From Octopus sinensis (taxonomy: Eukaryota), in assembly GCF_006345805.1 (NCBI RefSeq), contig NC_043002.1, positions 45,322,001 to 45,386,000 on the forward strand: a DNA stretch of 64,000 bases, in the 5' to 3' direction. Of this stretch, positions 38,976 to 50,816 are shown one piece after another (position 1 is the stretch's first letter; every line of letters starts with the position of its first letter). The position numbers and the translations under genes were made by a program. A model generated the notes under the pieces. The model was not told where the DNA came from. It did no database searches and saw only the letters and a program-made list of their open reading frames with translations.

Positions 38976-39694
38976 ACGAGTGGTTCCCAGACTTTTTCGG
39001 GTTGTCGCCCCCCTCGACACCCAGGCCACTTTCCTAGCGCCCCCACCCAACTAACTAATCCAAACATAGACCTTTTTCTGAAGCAAATTCAAAGCAACTG
39101 TATTTCAGAAATAAAACTTAACTTAATGAACTCATTATTTTGTTGTTTTTTCATGAATCTCTACCCCATTATCGCCCTACATATTACATAAATCTCTACC
39201 CCATTATCACCCCACTTTTCTTCAATGTTCCTTTTGAACTTTCCAACACCCCTAGTGAGGTGGGTGTAATACCGCCCACTTTGGAAACCACTGGATTAAA
39301 CCCTTCAATATGCTGCCCCAGAATGGACAAAGTCCATTGACTGAAACAAATTAAAGATAAAACATAATTAAAAATGCAATGTGAAAATTCTAAATTTTTA
39401 TGTACTGAACGTTTCGCTAGAATATTATTTTTTTAAAAATCATTGCTTTCATCTGAATTGTTATATTTAAAACACTTCTTCACTAAAAGTTGTTTTACCG
39501 TAGATCAACCCTGTTCCAAGAAGCCTAATAATCAAAGACGTTCCCTCTATGGCCATCTCGTCTTTTATCAGGTAGTATATCTACGACTGATCAATCTTTA
39601 TTCAATGTAACCTGCCTTTTATATGACGGTAAGATATGATTTTTTTTCCCTTTGCCTGTCCTGTGTATAATAATAAGAAACGATTATTATACAC

Positions 39695-40012
39695 GCTTGG
39701 ATTAGTGATTAGGGGTATTCGGCTCACGATCCTAAGGTCGTGAGTTCAATTACCGGCTGCGCATTGTGTCCTTGAGCAAAACACTTTATTTCACATTGCT
39801 CCAGTCCACTCAGCTGGCAAAAATGAGTTGTACCTGTTTTTCAAAGGGGCCAACCTTGTCACATTCTGTGTCACACTGAATCTGCCTGAGAACTACGTTA
39901 TGGGTACGTGTATGTGGGGAATGCTCAACCACTTGCACGTTAATTTCATGAGAAGGCTGTTCCATTTATCGAGTCGACTGGAACCCTCGTCGTCGCAATC
40001 GACGGAGTACCA
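39695..40012 (+). mobile_element. tRNA-headed SINE family C
   Basis: B-box GAGTTCAATTAC, central domain, and a tail shared with 50239-50620. Confidence 0.8.
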
Positions 40013-40544
40013 GTACTGTACTGTCCTGTATATCACAAGTTATACACAGGACATATTTCTGTGACATTCAGGCATCATAGATGATACACATTCTCAATTT
40101 TTCTTGACCATTAGAGTAACTTGGGACTTATGAAAGCAAAGCCTTGTATTACTCAGACCGTATGAGACAAGGGCTAACTAAAACTCGGAAAAACAAGCAT
40201 AGGCATTTAGGACAAACTTATGAAAATGCTTTGACAAGCAAAGGGCTAAAGAGATTTGGTAGTATTCCTTTCTGTAGGGAATGACCATATTGAAGCTTTC
40301 TTCTTGTCACGTATATAAAATTGTTTTGTTGTTTGCAGTTATGCCCACCGCTAAGGGGGTGCACTGGGCGGCACTGCCCCATCGCTACTCAGTGGTGCAC
40401 CCTCAGACTTACAGTGATACACCTATCTTGAAACTCCTCTTTGGCTTTATTACAAATTAATGCCCACCCAGAATATTCTGAAGCACCCCAAAGCACCAAA
40501 GTCCGGTAACGCGTCTACTTGCGGTATCTTTTATATTTTATTTT

Positions 40545-40926
40545 CTTACTGGAGCACCACTTTGGAGAGTTTTAGTCGAACAAATCGACCCCAGGACTTA
40601 TTTTTTAAAAGCCTACTACTTATTCTATTCGTCTCTTTCGCCGTCTCTTTCGCTAAGTTACAGGAACGTAAACACACCAACACCGGTTGTCAAGCGGTGG
40701 TGGAAGAACAAACACACACACACATAGATATATGTATACACGTATATGTACATATATACTAAAGGCTTCTTTCAGTTTCCGTCAACCAAGTCCACTCACA
40801 AAGCTTTGGTCGGCCCGAGGCTATAGTAGAAGACACTTGCCCAAGGTCTCATGCTATGGGACTGAACCCGAAACCATGTGGTTGGGAAGCAAGCTTCTTA
40901 CCACACAGTCACGCCATATACCTGCG
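40545..40926 (-). mobile_element. SINE family B within a composite block bounded by 28-bp direct repeats
   Basis: Family B head and tail; direct repeats at 40304-40331 and 41032-41059. Confidence 0.85.
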
Positions 40927-41723
40927 ACGACATTTGTTCAACGTATTCTTCCTTTTATATGGCAGTAAGATGTGATTTTAAGGAGATTTGGTTGTATTTC
41001 TAGCCTGAACGACCAGGTAGAGATTTTCTTGTTGTCACGTATATAAAATTGTTTTGTTGCTTAACTGTAATAATCACTTTCGAATATTTACTTCCATCAT
41101 TTCACTTCGGGTTAAAAACGACTATTTCTAGATTGTTTACAATTTGACGAAAGATTGCTAAACTGAAGTGGGTGAAAAATAAAAAGACAGAATTCCCATT
41201 CATTGACAAGCATGCACATACTTCCTTTAATATGTGAGTTTAACCTCTGTATTACTTCAGAGCAAGGTTAATTATGTTGTCATGTGCATGATTAATTATT
41301 TTAGACTGATGTGAATTATGTAAATAATCTCAAATTAAAAATGTGAAAAAGTACCAAGCTTAAATTGCAAAATATTTTTTCCATAATTTTTGTTAGTCTC
41401 TCTGGTATTCTCTCTCTCTCTCCCTCTCTCCCCTCTCTCCCCTCTCCCTTCTCTTTTTCTCTTTCTCTCTCTCTAAGACCCCTGTATCTAAGAGAAAAAG
41501 AGAGTAAATAGTTTGAGGAAGAGGGAGATAAAATAAGTAGTTTGAGGAAGAGTTAAATGCTAATTCTAGGAGGTCGAGCAGTTACACAGAGCATCCTTCA
41601 TTGCTCGGCTCCCTCGTTGGCTCATCCCTCTTCTAGTCACTGTTAGAAGTACTGTCATAGTACTTCGAAAGCCAGAAAAAATAACCACCAACAAAGTTAT
41701 TTATACAAACATATATTTGAGAA

Positions 41724-41737
41724 GTTACCATGGTAAC
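41724..41737. promoter_or_regulatory. Perfect palindromic RFX X-box match (GTTACCATGGTAAC)
   Basis: Fits GTNRCC-N0-3-RGYAAC and lies at the edge of a CpG-rich patch. No target gene identified. Confidence 0.3.
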
Positions 41738-42110
41738 CAAATGATTCCGAGTTCGGACCCCTGTTCACATATCGAGTAAGTTGTCCTCTTCTGCAAACTC
41801 GAGTTTACTGAATATCTTTCTAAATGAAGTTGCACGGACGCCCGTCGTAGATGTATGTCTATGTCCTGCACTTGCTTTTCCTGGACTCTAGTCGCTATGA
41901 TGAATGAGGACTCAGCAAGACACGGCTGCACAGTACTCTTAATTAAGAAAGTATAGTGGTCTTGGTGCTGGTGCTGGCGTCTTGGTTTTTGAACAACTGC
42001 ATGATGAATATGACTATAGTGGGAATAGTTTGTGCAGAGCTAGGTCCACGCTCTTGCCCTTGTATTGGTCTGGTGCAACAAGTGCCACGAGCCCAGTAAG
42101 TTATCAGAAT
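41725..42110 (-). mobile_element. Possible decayed non-LTR reverse transcriptase fragment
   Basis: Frames give VAPDQYKGKSVDLAL (cf. PxQYGFRKGKSTxDA) and KRTTYSICEQGSELGIIW (cf. GCPQGSxLGPxLW). Weak and frameshifted. Confidence 0.35.
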
Positions 42111-42919
42111 GCCTGATTTGTATGGAGTTACCTTCTCTTAGATGACCAACTAAAGAGCTGAAGACCCTCATATGCCCTTGGTCTGTTATGGATGTCTGTG
42201 AGTGACTATCTTGTAGAGGCTATTCCCTGACATGCCAATTACCCCACAGCTGGGACATTGGCAGGTGCTTCTACTCCGGGTCAGAGTAGACGTGGAAACA
42301 ATTGTAGCAATCTTCAAATCCCTGGAACTTCTGAAACAAGCCTACTACCAGATGGATTTCAATGTCATACTCAAGACAGTTGTGACTGTGTACGTTTGTG
42401 TTTACCGGTGCGTACACTAAAAAGGTAAAACTTAGTCATTTGAAAGAGAACGATAAAAGAAGTACCAGAAATGAGTTGTAGGATCAGTGTGATCGACTCA
42501 GAACCTTTAAGGTGATGTCACAGCATGGTCACAGACTAATTACTGAAAATAATAAAAGAATAAAAGAATACCAAATTCTAAGTGTATGAGGACAGTGTTT
42601 CAGTAGTGATGGCCATGATAGTTAAAACAGATTAAAAGAAATTTCGCACATTGCTCTACTTGATTTGTAGACGTTGCTGTAGTCGTGATGATGAGAACGA
42701 TGATGGTAGTAGTAAGAAAACTTCGAGGTTTCTTTTTAATCAAGAGTTTTTAGCCCTGGTTTAGCAGAACCTGTGTCTGTGAGACTGCGCAAACCTACAT
42801 GGTGTTATCTTCTTCGCGACGTCTCGGCAATGCTCAGCAAAATACACAACAAACAAGATAACCGAAGTAAAATAGAAACCTATAAAGCACAAAAAAACTG
42901 AACATACACTACACTACAA

Positions 42920-43250
42920 CAGTGGTCCTCAACCGGAGTCCGTATGACTCCTGGGGATTCAGATAAGATTTTTAGAAGTACGCGCAAGGAAAATAATAAA
43001 TTGCGGATCCACAGCATCAATTTAAAACGTCCATGAAAAAATTTTGCTTTAGATGAATTTATCGCAAGAAACAGTTAGGTTTCTTTCTCTAATGTTTCAT
43101 GTAGTTTAACATGTTTCTGGCCATCGATTAAGAGATTTGTAAGAAGTTTCTATAAAACTAGCTTTTAAACATCGGATGGTCATGGTGGTCCACCAGGGTA
43201 AAACAGTAATCAAAGGAGCCCAGGGGTAAAATAATGGATGAGAACCACAG
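42920..43250 (+). mobile_element. hAT-type MITE
   Basis: CAGTGGTCCTCAACC / GGATGAGAACCACAG termini; 8-bp flanks CACTACAA / CACTAAAC. Confidence 0.75.
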
Positions 43251-44729
43251 CACTAAACAACAAAGGAAAACACCTTCATGGAACTACAAAAAATGTCATC
43301 ACATGACATTTATATTTCAATGGTACGGCCTTAACATCTGATCCCTCAAATAGCTAATTTTGCAAGAAGACAAACGAAATCATGAAAGCGTCTTATAATT
43401 AGTTAAGATTACAGATCACAACTAAACTGCTTTCCATCTTGTATTTAAAGTAAAGATCATGTATAGTTGCAGCTGTACTGGATCGGTGAAATAGCACGTT
43501 CTCGTTTGCCTGAATAAGAGCTGTCATCACTTATTCGTTTAAGCGCAGATTATTTTTAACCTTACCCTTGAAAACATTTTTGTTATGTCGTTAAAAAAAT
43601 TTGCTCATCGAATTTATGTACTTTGAACATCAGAAATTCAGAATCTGGTAAAAGTAATCTAGAGTTTTAAAAACATGGCATATAAAAAGCACTTTTAAAA
43701 ACATTCTAAAGATTCAATGCTATATGAATGTACTTATATATTAATTACATAAAGAGCATGAATACCTTGTTAACAGATGTTTCAGTTTACAAAATAAAGG
43801 ACTTCATTTGTATTCAATAATGCATATCAGTATTGTAATTTTCACGTTCTGAAAATATGAAATGCTATTTTGTTGGGCTTTTAATTTATTCATTTTATTG
43901 AGGATAAAAATCTAATTACAAATGCAAATAATGCAAATAAAATATATTTATACACTACACATGGAATGCCTATTTATACAACAAAATAAACATTTCGCAT
44001 TTATAAAAGCACACGTATTTCAAAACTAGACAGCAGCTCTAAATCACCTAATCCTCATAAGTTGCTTATTGACAAAGAAAGAAAGAAAGAAAGAAAATAT
44101 ATTTTATAGATTCTGAATTCCAGAATACCAATCATACAAATGCATAATTCAAAAAGACAACAGTCATGCGATTTTGTAAATAAAGAAAAATAGGATTTAA
44201 CCCTTTGCTTATACATTACAATCTAATTTACATACTCTACATGTCCGCTGCTACTGCTGCTGCTGCTTAGCCCCAGCTCATCTCTGGTCAAGCAGGCCTA
44301 TATTCAGAGGTACTACAGAGATCATTATCCCAGTATTTTGTATATCAGGGACTACATTACCCTTTCATGTCCTTTCAGTTTTAAGACAGTAGAGTGTGAT
44401 TTAAGGGAGATTTAGCTGCTAGTCCTTACAGGTCGAACGACCCCGTCGATCAGTAGATTTCATCCCATTTTTTTTATCCATGATCCCTTCGATTACTATT
44501 TAACTTTGGTGTAATCCCATAGCCATCCGATGTTTAAGCAGCTACTCTGAAGAGCAATAACCCTGAAACTAGTTCACAGATGTTGTTTTGTGCTGGGCGG
44601 GGACGCTGAATTACTGGTCCGAAAATATAAGGATACAGATAATGTGTCGTATAGCCAGCTAGAAACGATGTTTCTTGGGCCTAATAAACAGTAACAACGT
44701 CCCTTCCGGGGCAGCCATATTACATTGGC

Positions 44730-44985
44730 AATTAAATTTTAGTTTATAAAAATAGTTTTATAGAAACTTTTTTGAATCGGTGGCCGGAAACAGGTTAAAC
44801 TATGTAAAACATTAGAGAAATAAACTTGGCTGTTTCTTGCAACAAATACATCTAAAGCAAAAAATTTTCATTGAACGCTTAAAATACTATTGTAAATCCC
44901 AAATTTACTATTTTGCGTGCGTGAGCTCCTCAAAATCTTACATGGACTTCCCAGGTATCATATGGACCCCAGTTAAGAAACACTG
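44730..44985 (-). mobile_element. Second, inverted and partial copy of the 42920-43250 MITE
   Basis: Reverse-complement similarity; ends AGTTAAGAAACACTG. Confidence 0.7.
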
Positions 44986-45074
44986 ACGAAGAGACTCTTT
45001 CGTTGGGTCGGATATTTCATAGAGCTGATGATTAGGTAAAAAAAGAAAAGTTAAAGAAGTTACCTTGTCGAGTC

Positions 45075-45305
45075 ATGCTAACTCATAAAGGGCTGGTTTC
45101 CTGGTTTCCATGGCATGTAAATTCCCCACTTGGACGGGACGCCGGCTTGTCGCAGAATCACTCATTTTTGCCATCTGAGTTGACTGGAGAAACGTGAAAT
45201 GGCGTGTTTTGCTCAAGAACACAATGCATCGCCTCGTCCAGGAACGGAAACTACAATCTTACGATCATGAGACCAATACCCTAGCCATTAAGCCACGTGT
45301 CTCCA
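45075..45305 (-). mobile_element. Diverged tRNA-headed SINE with the shared central domain
   Basis: Reverse complement of TTGTGTTCTTGAGCAAAACAC plus a tRNA-like head. Confidence 0.65.
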
Positions 45306-46468
45306 CCTAGTGCTGATGACAGGTCTATCTTGTTTCAGACATAGCGTGGAATATTTAACAGCATTGTTGCTGTTGTTGTTGTTTAAAACTCAGATCAGCC
45401 TTGATCTATCACACCTAAGATCGAGGCTTTGCAGCCATAACCATCCGGTCTTTTTGTACGTATAGGAGCATATATTCCAATCTATCATTCTTTATTTAAG
45501 TAGATAGGATATTATTTGAGGGAGATTCAATTACTATATCTAACTGCTCGAAGGACTGCAGAGAGGCTCTATTTCTAATTCCATGTAACAGTATTTATTA
45601 GCGAAGCTATACTAAAGTTTCTTTCTTGTTGATGGAAAGAAACCTAACATATATAGGAGAAAGAAAATTAAAGATGCGATGCATATGTCCTTTCCAACTG
45701 CAGTTAAGTTGAAATAGTTACACAGGAATTTAACCCCCTTTAATGATGTGGTCGTCGTAAACATAGTTCTATTTTCCAGTCTACAATATATCCAACTGCT
45801 TCTCAAAAGTTCATGAGCATGAGAGGACGTTGTCATAGCAGCACCAGATTAAATACTCGTCAGTTAAAGTGTCATTCTCTTGATCGTTACAGTGATGGGC
45901 ATTTCCTCCTCGTGTCATCTATTTACAGTTTGGTGAGGAAATATAAAGCGTTCACAATTAGCCAATGCTATTAGCTATTCAATAATGACATGTATTCAGT
46001 CATACTGAGGTTACATACAGTTGGTAATGAAAAAGTGAGTGTGGACGGCGACAAGATCAGTTTAGAAAACTATTTTATTTCAAACCGAGATGAGAAGCAA
46101 TACTTGAGTTAGTGTTAGTATGACTAAAACAGGGATCGTTAAAAAGCTAAATATAAATAGATGTAGGAAGAAGAAAAACAATCAAATCCATGACTAATGT
46201 TATTTTAATGATTTCGATCAATGCGAGGTATCACGATTGTCATAGACAAACCGTACTCCGCAGTGAATAACATGCTTAATGGCAAATTACCTTGAATTTT
46301 TACTGCGACCCACCTGGTAATGAACCATATCTCATGCAACCCGCTTCTCGACAAAGGTCGTCCATGTCTGCTTTAAACTGAACGAGAAACCATTTTCCCG
46401 ACATAACTTCTACCAATTTTAAAATCACACGTTCTTTATGTTATTTCCTTGCTACTGTCAGTTATCTC

Positions 46469-46514
<46 letters not shown>

Positions 46515-47251
46515 CACTAACATATTTACTTTAACACCACAAAATATCTTCATCAACACGAATGTTTACTACACACATATTCAATTAACCTTCTAACACC
46601 TAAGTGAGTGTGTTTGGGTGTGTCTGTGTGTACCTTTTCCATAACACGTTTCTACAACGTCTAATTAAGTTATCGAAGTACATCATCACAAGCTCATTTA
46701 TTTAAACTTTACCTTGATCGATGAGACAAATTAGGATCTGAAATTTTCCTTGCCTGAACGCTGTCCTATTTCATTCTGTAATTCTCTAAGTATGCGCTGC
46801 GCAATTATTACAGCATTATTCTAACAACAAGATGTTGAAATCCATTATTACTACTAATTAGAAAATAAAAGCAAATTTCTTCAAATGATGAACCAAAAAC
46901 TTTCGAACAAAACTCACGCTTTCTAACTAAATACTTCTCATTTGAAACAACGTAACGAGTACATGTGTACCTAAGTTTGCGCATTTGGGCAAACTTTGAT
47001 TACAATAACAGCAATGAAATTTCCAATGTTATCACCACTGAACAGCAACTGCCCCAGTTTTTTTTTTCTTTTTTTTAGTGTCAAAAGGGTTAAAGCTGTT
47101 TTCTTTTAGTTTATCGATTTAGCTTGCTGTCATTTTTTTTTTTTTTTTGCACACTTTAAAACCAACTTTTTGCTTCCGTTACTTCACAAAAGTAACCAGC
47201 AGCCATTTTGTGATACAACGATCAACAATTATATGGAACGTACGTTGGCCA

Positions 47252-47850
47252 TAGGCAAGCATGGTTGTGTAATTAAGAAACTCGCTTTGCAACCACATCA
47301 TTTCCGGTTCAGTCCCATTCCGGAGCACCTTGGACAAGTGTCTTCCACTATAGCCCAGACCAGTGCTTTTCAAACTTTTTGCTGGAGCGGAACCCCAAGG
47401 AAACATTCCACTGGCTCGAGGAACCCCTGTGCAATAATTTAATAGTCTTATGCACACATATCTGCACAGGAGACTTTAAAATTACTGCCGATTTTAGCAG
47501 TTTTGTAACTTTTTCCGGAACCCCTGCAATGTACTGGCGGAACCCTGGTTGAAAACCACTGGCCCAGACGACCAATGCCTTCAGAGGAAATTTTGTCGAC
47601 GGAAAGTGTGAGGAACTCCATCGTGTGTGTGTGTGTGTGTGTGAGTGAATGAATGTCCGCGTCCATCCATCCGACCACTTGACAACCAGTATTGGTTTGC
47701 TTACATCTTTAAAAGAGACCGACAGAATAAATACCAAACTTAAAAATTTGTTCTGGGGTCGATTTGTGAGACTAAAACTCTTCATGGTGGAGGCGCCCCC
47801 ACCCCCTGCATGGCCGCAGTTCAATGACTGATACAAGTAAAAGAAAAAAA
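47252..47850 (+). mobile_element. Diverged family B SINE interrupted by a MITE
   Basis: Head at 47252-47360 resumes at 47562. Confidence 0.8.
47361..47561. mobile_element. hAT-type MITE with a perfect 8-bp TSD
   Basis: CAGTGCTTTTCAA / TTGAAAACCACTG termini; TSD GCCCAGAC at 47353-47360 and 47562-47569. Confidence 0.92.
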
Positions 47851-47939
47851 AGTCAATAGGAACACAATTTCACCATTATCTCTTACACACTGTAACTCGA
47901 ACACAAAAAAAAAAACCCACAAATGTAATATTTCTATCC

Positions 47940-48050
47940 CTGGCATATGGCGTAGTGGTTAAGAGCGCGGGCTACTAACCCCAAGATTCCGAGTTCGATT
48001 CCAGGCAGTGACCTGAATAATAATAATAATATAATAATAATAATAATAAC

Positions 48051-48081
<31 letters not shown>

Positions 48082-48227
48082 TCGAAAAATACCAAAGGAA
48101 TGAGAACCCAGGTTCGAAATTTCCCCCAAGACACCTGATGAAGGCTGGAGGGTATATCAGCCGAAACGTGTTAATAACAAGCAAGATGAGGACAAATATT
48201 CGTCAATTGTAAATAATGTAAATGATG
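47940..48227 (+). mobile_element. tRNA-headed SINE with (AAT)n spacer and a Penelope-like hammerhead-bearing tail
   Basis: A box TGGCGTAGTGG at 47948-47958, B box GAGTTCGATTCC at 47991-48002, (AAT)n at about 48017-48078. 11-bp TSD TATTTCTATCC at 47929-47939 and 48228-48238. Confidence 0.85.
48130..48172 (+). ncRNA. Hammerhead ribozyme-like motif lacking the cleavage triplet
   Basis: GACAC-CTGATGA-A-GGCTG-GAGGGTATAT-CAGCC-GAAAC-GTGTT: core, 5-bp stem II and stem I complement are present. There is no UH between GAAAC and stem I. Confidence 0.6.
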
Positions 48228-48659
48228 TATTTCTATCCTTGTACAGAATTCAAGAACAAAAACATTAAGAATTGTAGAATTACGGAAGTAATTCTTGGTT
48301 TATGAAAACAGATAACACGAACAGTTTTTCTGTTCCATTAATTCTTCCAAGAAAGACAAGTCATATTTTTTTCCTCGTAATTAATCATTTCCACATATTA
48401 ACAATTTTAATCATGTAGTTTTATTATTTTCTTTTTCTCTCGAGTGAATCTATAGCATATTCAGTGCTGACTTTACAAACGTACACATGTATGCACATAA
48501 CATTAAAACTGACAGAATACAAAAAAAAAAAAAGTAGTTATACGACTGAACAGCAACAGATTTTTTGCAGTCTAGTCTGCAATTTTCACAGCAGTTTCAA
48601 CCACAAATCAACCTTCCTTTAGAGAACATGGTTGTATGGAAGAAAACCATGTAGACATC

Positions 48660-48898
48660 TTTTACCTTTTACCTTTTTCAATCACTTGATTGCGGCCATG
48701 CTGGGGCACCACCTCGAAACGTTTTAGTCGAACAAATCGACCCAGGACTTATTTTAAACCTAATACTTATTCTATCAGTCTTTTTGTCGAACCTCTAAGT
48801 TACAGGGACTTAAATACACCAACACCAGTTGTCAAGCGGTGGTGGGGGACAAACAGACACAAAGGCGCGCGCACGCACACACCGCACACACACTCACT

Positions 48899-48942
<44 letters not shown>

Positions 48943-49113
48943 TATACAACGGGTTTCTTTCAGTTTCCGTCTATCAAATTCACTCGCAAGGTTTTGGTCG
49001 GCCCGAGGCTATTGAAGAAGACACTTGCCCAAGGTGCCACGCTGTGGGATTGAACACCACAGAACCATGTGATTGACAGGCAAGCTTCTTACCACACAAC
49101 CACGCCTGCGCCT
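48660..49113 (-). mobile_element. SINE family B, moderately diverged
   Basis: Full head, microsatellite and tail structure. Confidence 0.88.
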
Positions 49114-49204
49114 ATATTTGCAAAATGCTAAGAACTATCATTGTTCGTTTGACCTTTAAATTGCAGACCCCACTTATGTGAAAACTCATACCATGTTCAT
49201 TTTT

Positions 49205-50130
49205 GGATCTTTTCCTTTTGAAAGGCACATGTCAACACAATTTCTAGTTAACTAAACACTTTAAAACTTCGTATACTGGTAGAATGTGTCAAAATAAAAT
49301 ATTTTTTTCTCTTGGCTTTCTTGAGAAAATTGTAATTCGTTTGTTTAACGTAGTTTAATTTTTTGAATTTTAACCAATGAATCGCTTCTAATTGAGCTAA
49401 AATCATTTGCTGCGTCTAAAACTGAGACAACACCCTCACCTTCACCCTAACCCTAAATTTTTGCCTTTCGTTTCTTTTTCTTAATTGTTAAATTAATTTA
49501 AGGATAATAATTAAGAAATAAAAACGAAAGCAATGGAAAATAATTTAAACAATTAAGAAACAAAATAATTCTATAATTTTCTACTAAGTAATTTTATGTT
49601 TCTACCAAGTATTTTTTTTTAAATCTCCATTTCGTTTTCGCTAGCTGATGTTTTATATCATCAGTTGCTGTTTCCTTAGTAATCAAGAAAGTTAATGTGT
49701 TCTCACGCAAACAGTATTTTAATAAAATTATAGAATTATGTATAAAATTATAGAATTATTTTGTTTGTTGTTTAAATTATTTTCCATTGCTTTCGTTTTA
49801 GCCTTTCGTTTTTCTTACACGCGTAACAATTAAATTAATTTAACAATTAAGAAAAAAAAATTTAGGGTTAGGGTAAGGGTGAGGTTTAGGGTTAGTGACA
49901 GGATGTTGTCTCAGTTTTAGACGCAGCAAATGATTTGAGCTCACTAGAGGCGATTCATTGGTTAAAATTCGAAAAATTAAACTACGTTAAACAAACGAAT
50001 TACAATTTTCTCAAGAAAGCCAAGAGAAAAAAATGTTTTATTTTGACACATTCTACCAGTATACGAAGTTTTAAAGTGTTTAGTTAACTAGAAATTGTGT
50101 TGACATGTGCCGTTCAAAAGGAAAAGATCC
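49205..50130. mobile_element. Foldback TIR element, ~375-400-bp arms, 8-bp TSD
   Basis: GGATCTTTTCCTTTTGAA...TTCAAAAGGAAAAGATCC. Arms at about 49205-49580 and 49724-50130. Flanks TCATTTTT / TCATTTTC. Internal degenerate TTAGGG runs. Confidence 0.9.
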
Positions 50131-50238
50131 TCATTTTCTACAGACTTGTATGAAAGAATATCTTATACGACTCACATGCAGACCTCACTTGCAGCTAATG
50201 CACATAGCATGGTCGTTTGGTTGCATACTTATACATCA

Positions 50239-50620
50239 GTGGAGGCGCAATGGCCCAGTGGTTAGGGCAGCGGACTCGCGGTCATAGGATCGCGGTTTCG
50301 ATTCCCAGACCGGGCGTTGTGAGTGTTTATTGAGCGAAAACACCTAAAAGCTCCACGAGGCTCTGGCAGGGGATGGTGGTGATCCCTGCTGTACTCTTTC
50401 ACCACAACTTTCTCTCACTCTTACTTCCTGTTTCTGTTGTACCTGTATTTCAAGGGGCCGGCCTTGTCACTCTCTGTGTCACGCTGAATATCCCCGAGAA
50501 CTATGTTAAGGGTGCACGTGTCTGTGGAGTGCTCAGCTACTTACACGTTAATTTCACGAGCAGGCTGTTCCGTTGATTCGGATCAACCGGAACCCTCATC
50601 GTCGTAACCGACGGAGTGCT
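50239..50620 (+). mobile_element. tRNA(Arg-like)-headed SINE family C, full length
   Basis: A box TGGCCCAGTGG, TCG in the anticodon-like loop, B box GGTTTCGATTCC. 11-bp flanks CTTATACATCA (50228-50238) and CTTACACATCA (50630-50640). Confidence 0.88.
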
Positions 50621-50671
50621 AAGAGAGAACTTACACATCATGCAGATATCGCCTTTGATGGTGCAAGTATG

Positions 50672-50816
50672 TTTCTACTAAGTAATTTTATGTTTCTACC
50701 AAGTATTTTTTTTAAATCTCCATTTCGTTTTCGCTAGCTGATGTTTTATATCATCAGTTGCTGTTTCCTTAGTAATCAAGAAAGTTAATGTGTTCTCACG
50801 CAAACAGTATTTTAAT
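50672..50816 (+). repeat. Near-perfect duplicate of 49578-49723
   Basis: Identical by eye except for one T in a homopolymer. Confidence 0.95.

Noticed and set aside
46314-46404. Minus-strand first exon MSGKWFLVQFKADMDDLCREAGCMRYGSLP ending at a GTGGGT donor
   Set aside because: Not listed as CDS. The paralogous segment at 51.15 kb lacks the ATG and diverges, the shared substitution is synonymous in the plus-strand frame, and no downstream exon fits.
49425-49900. Interstitial telomere (TTAGGG)
   Set aside because: Only 2-4 degenerate units, in mirrored positions inside the foldback arms, and also seen in the related element at about 36412.
34152-50320. tRNA genes at 34152, 47940 and 50239
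   Set aside because: A and B boxes are present, but there is no complete cloverleaf or acceptor stem; each continues into a SINE body, and two have TSDs.
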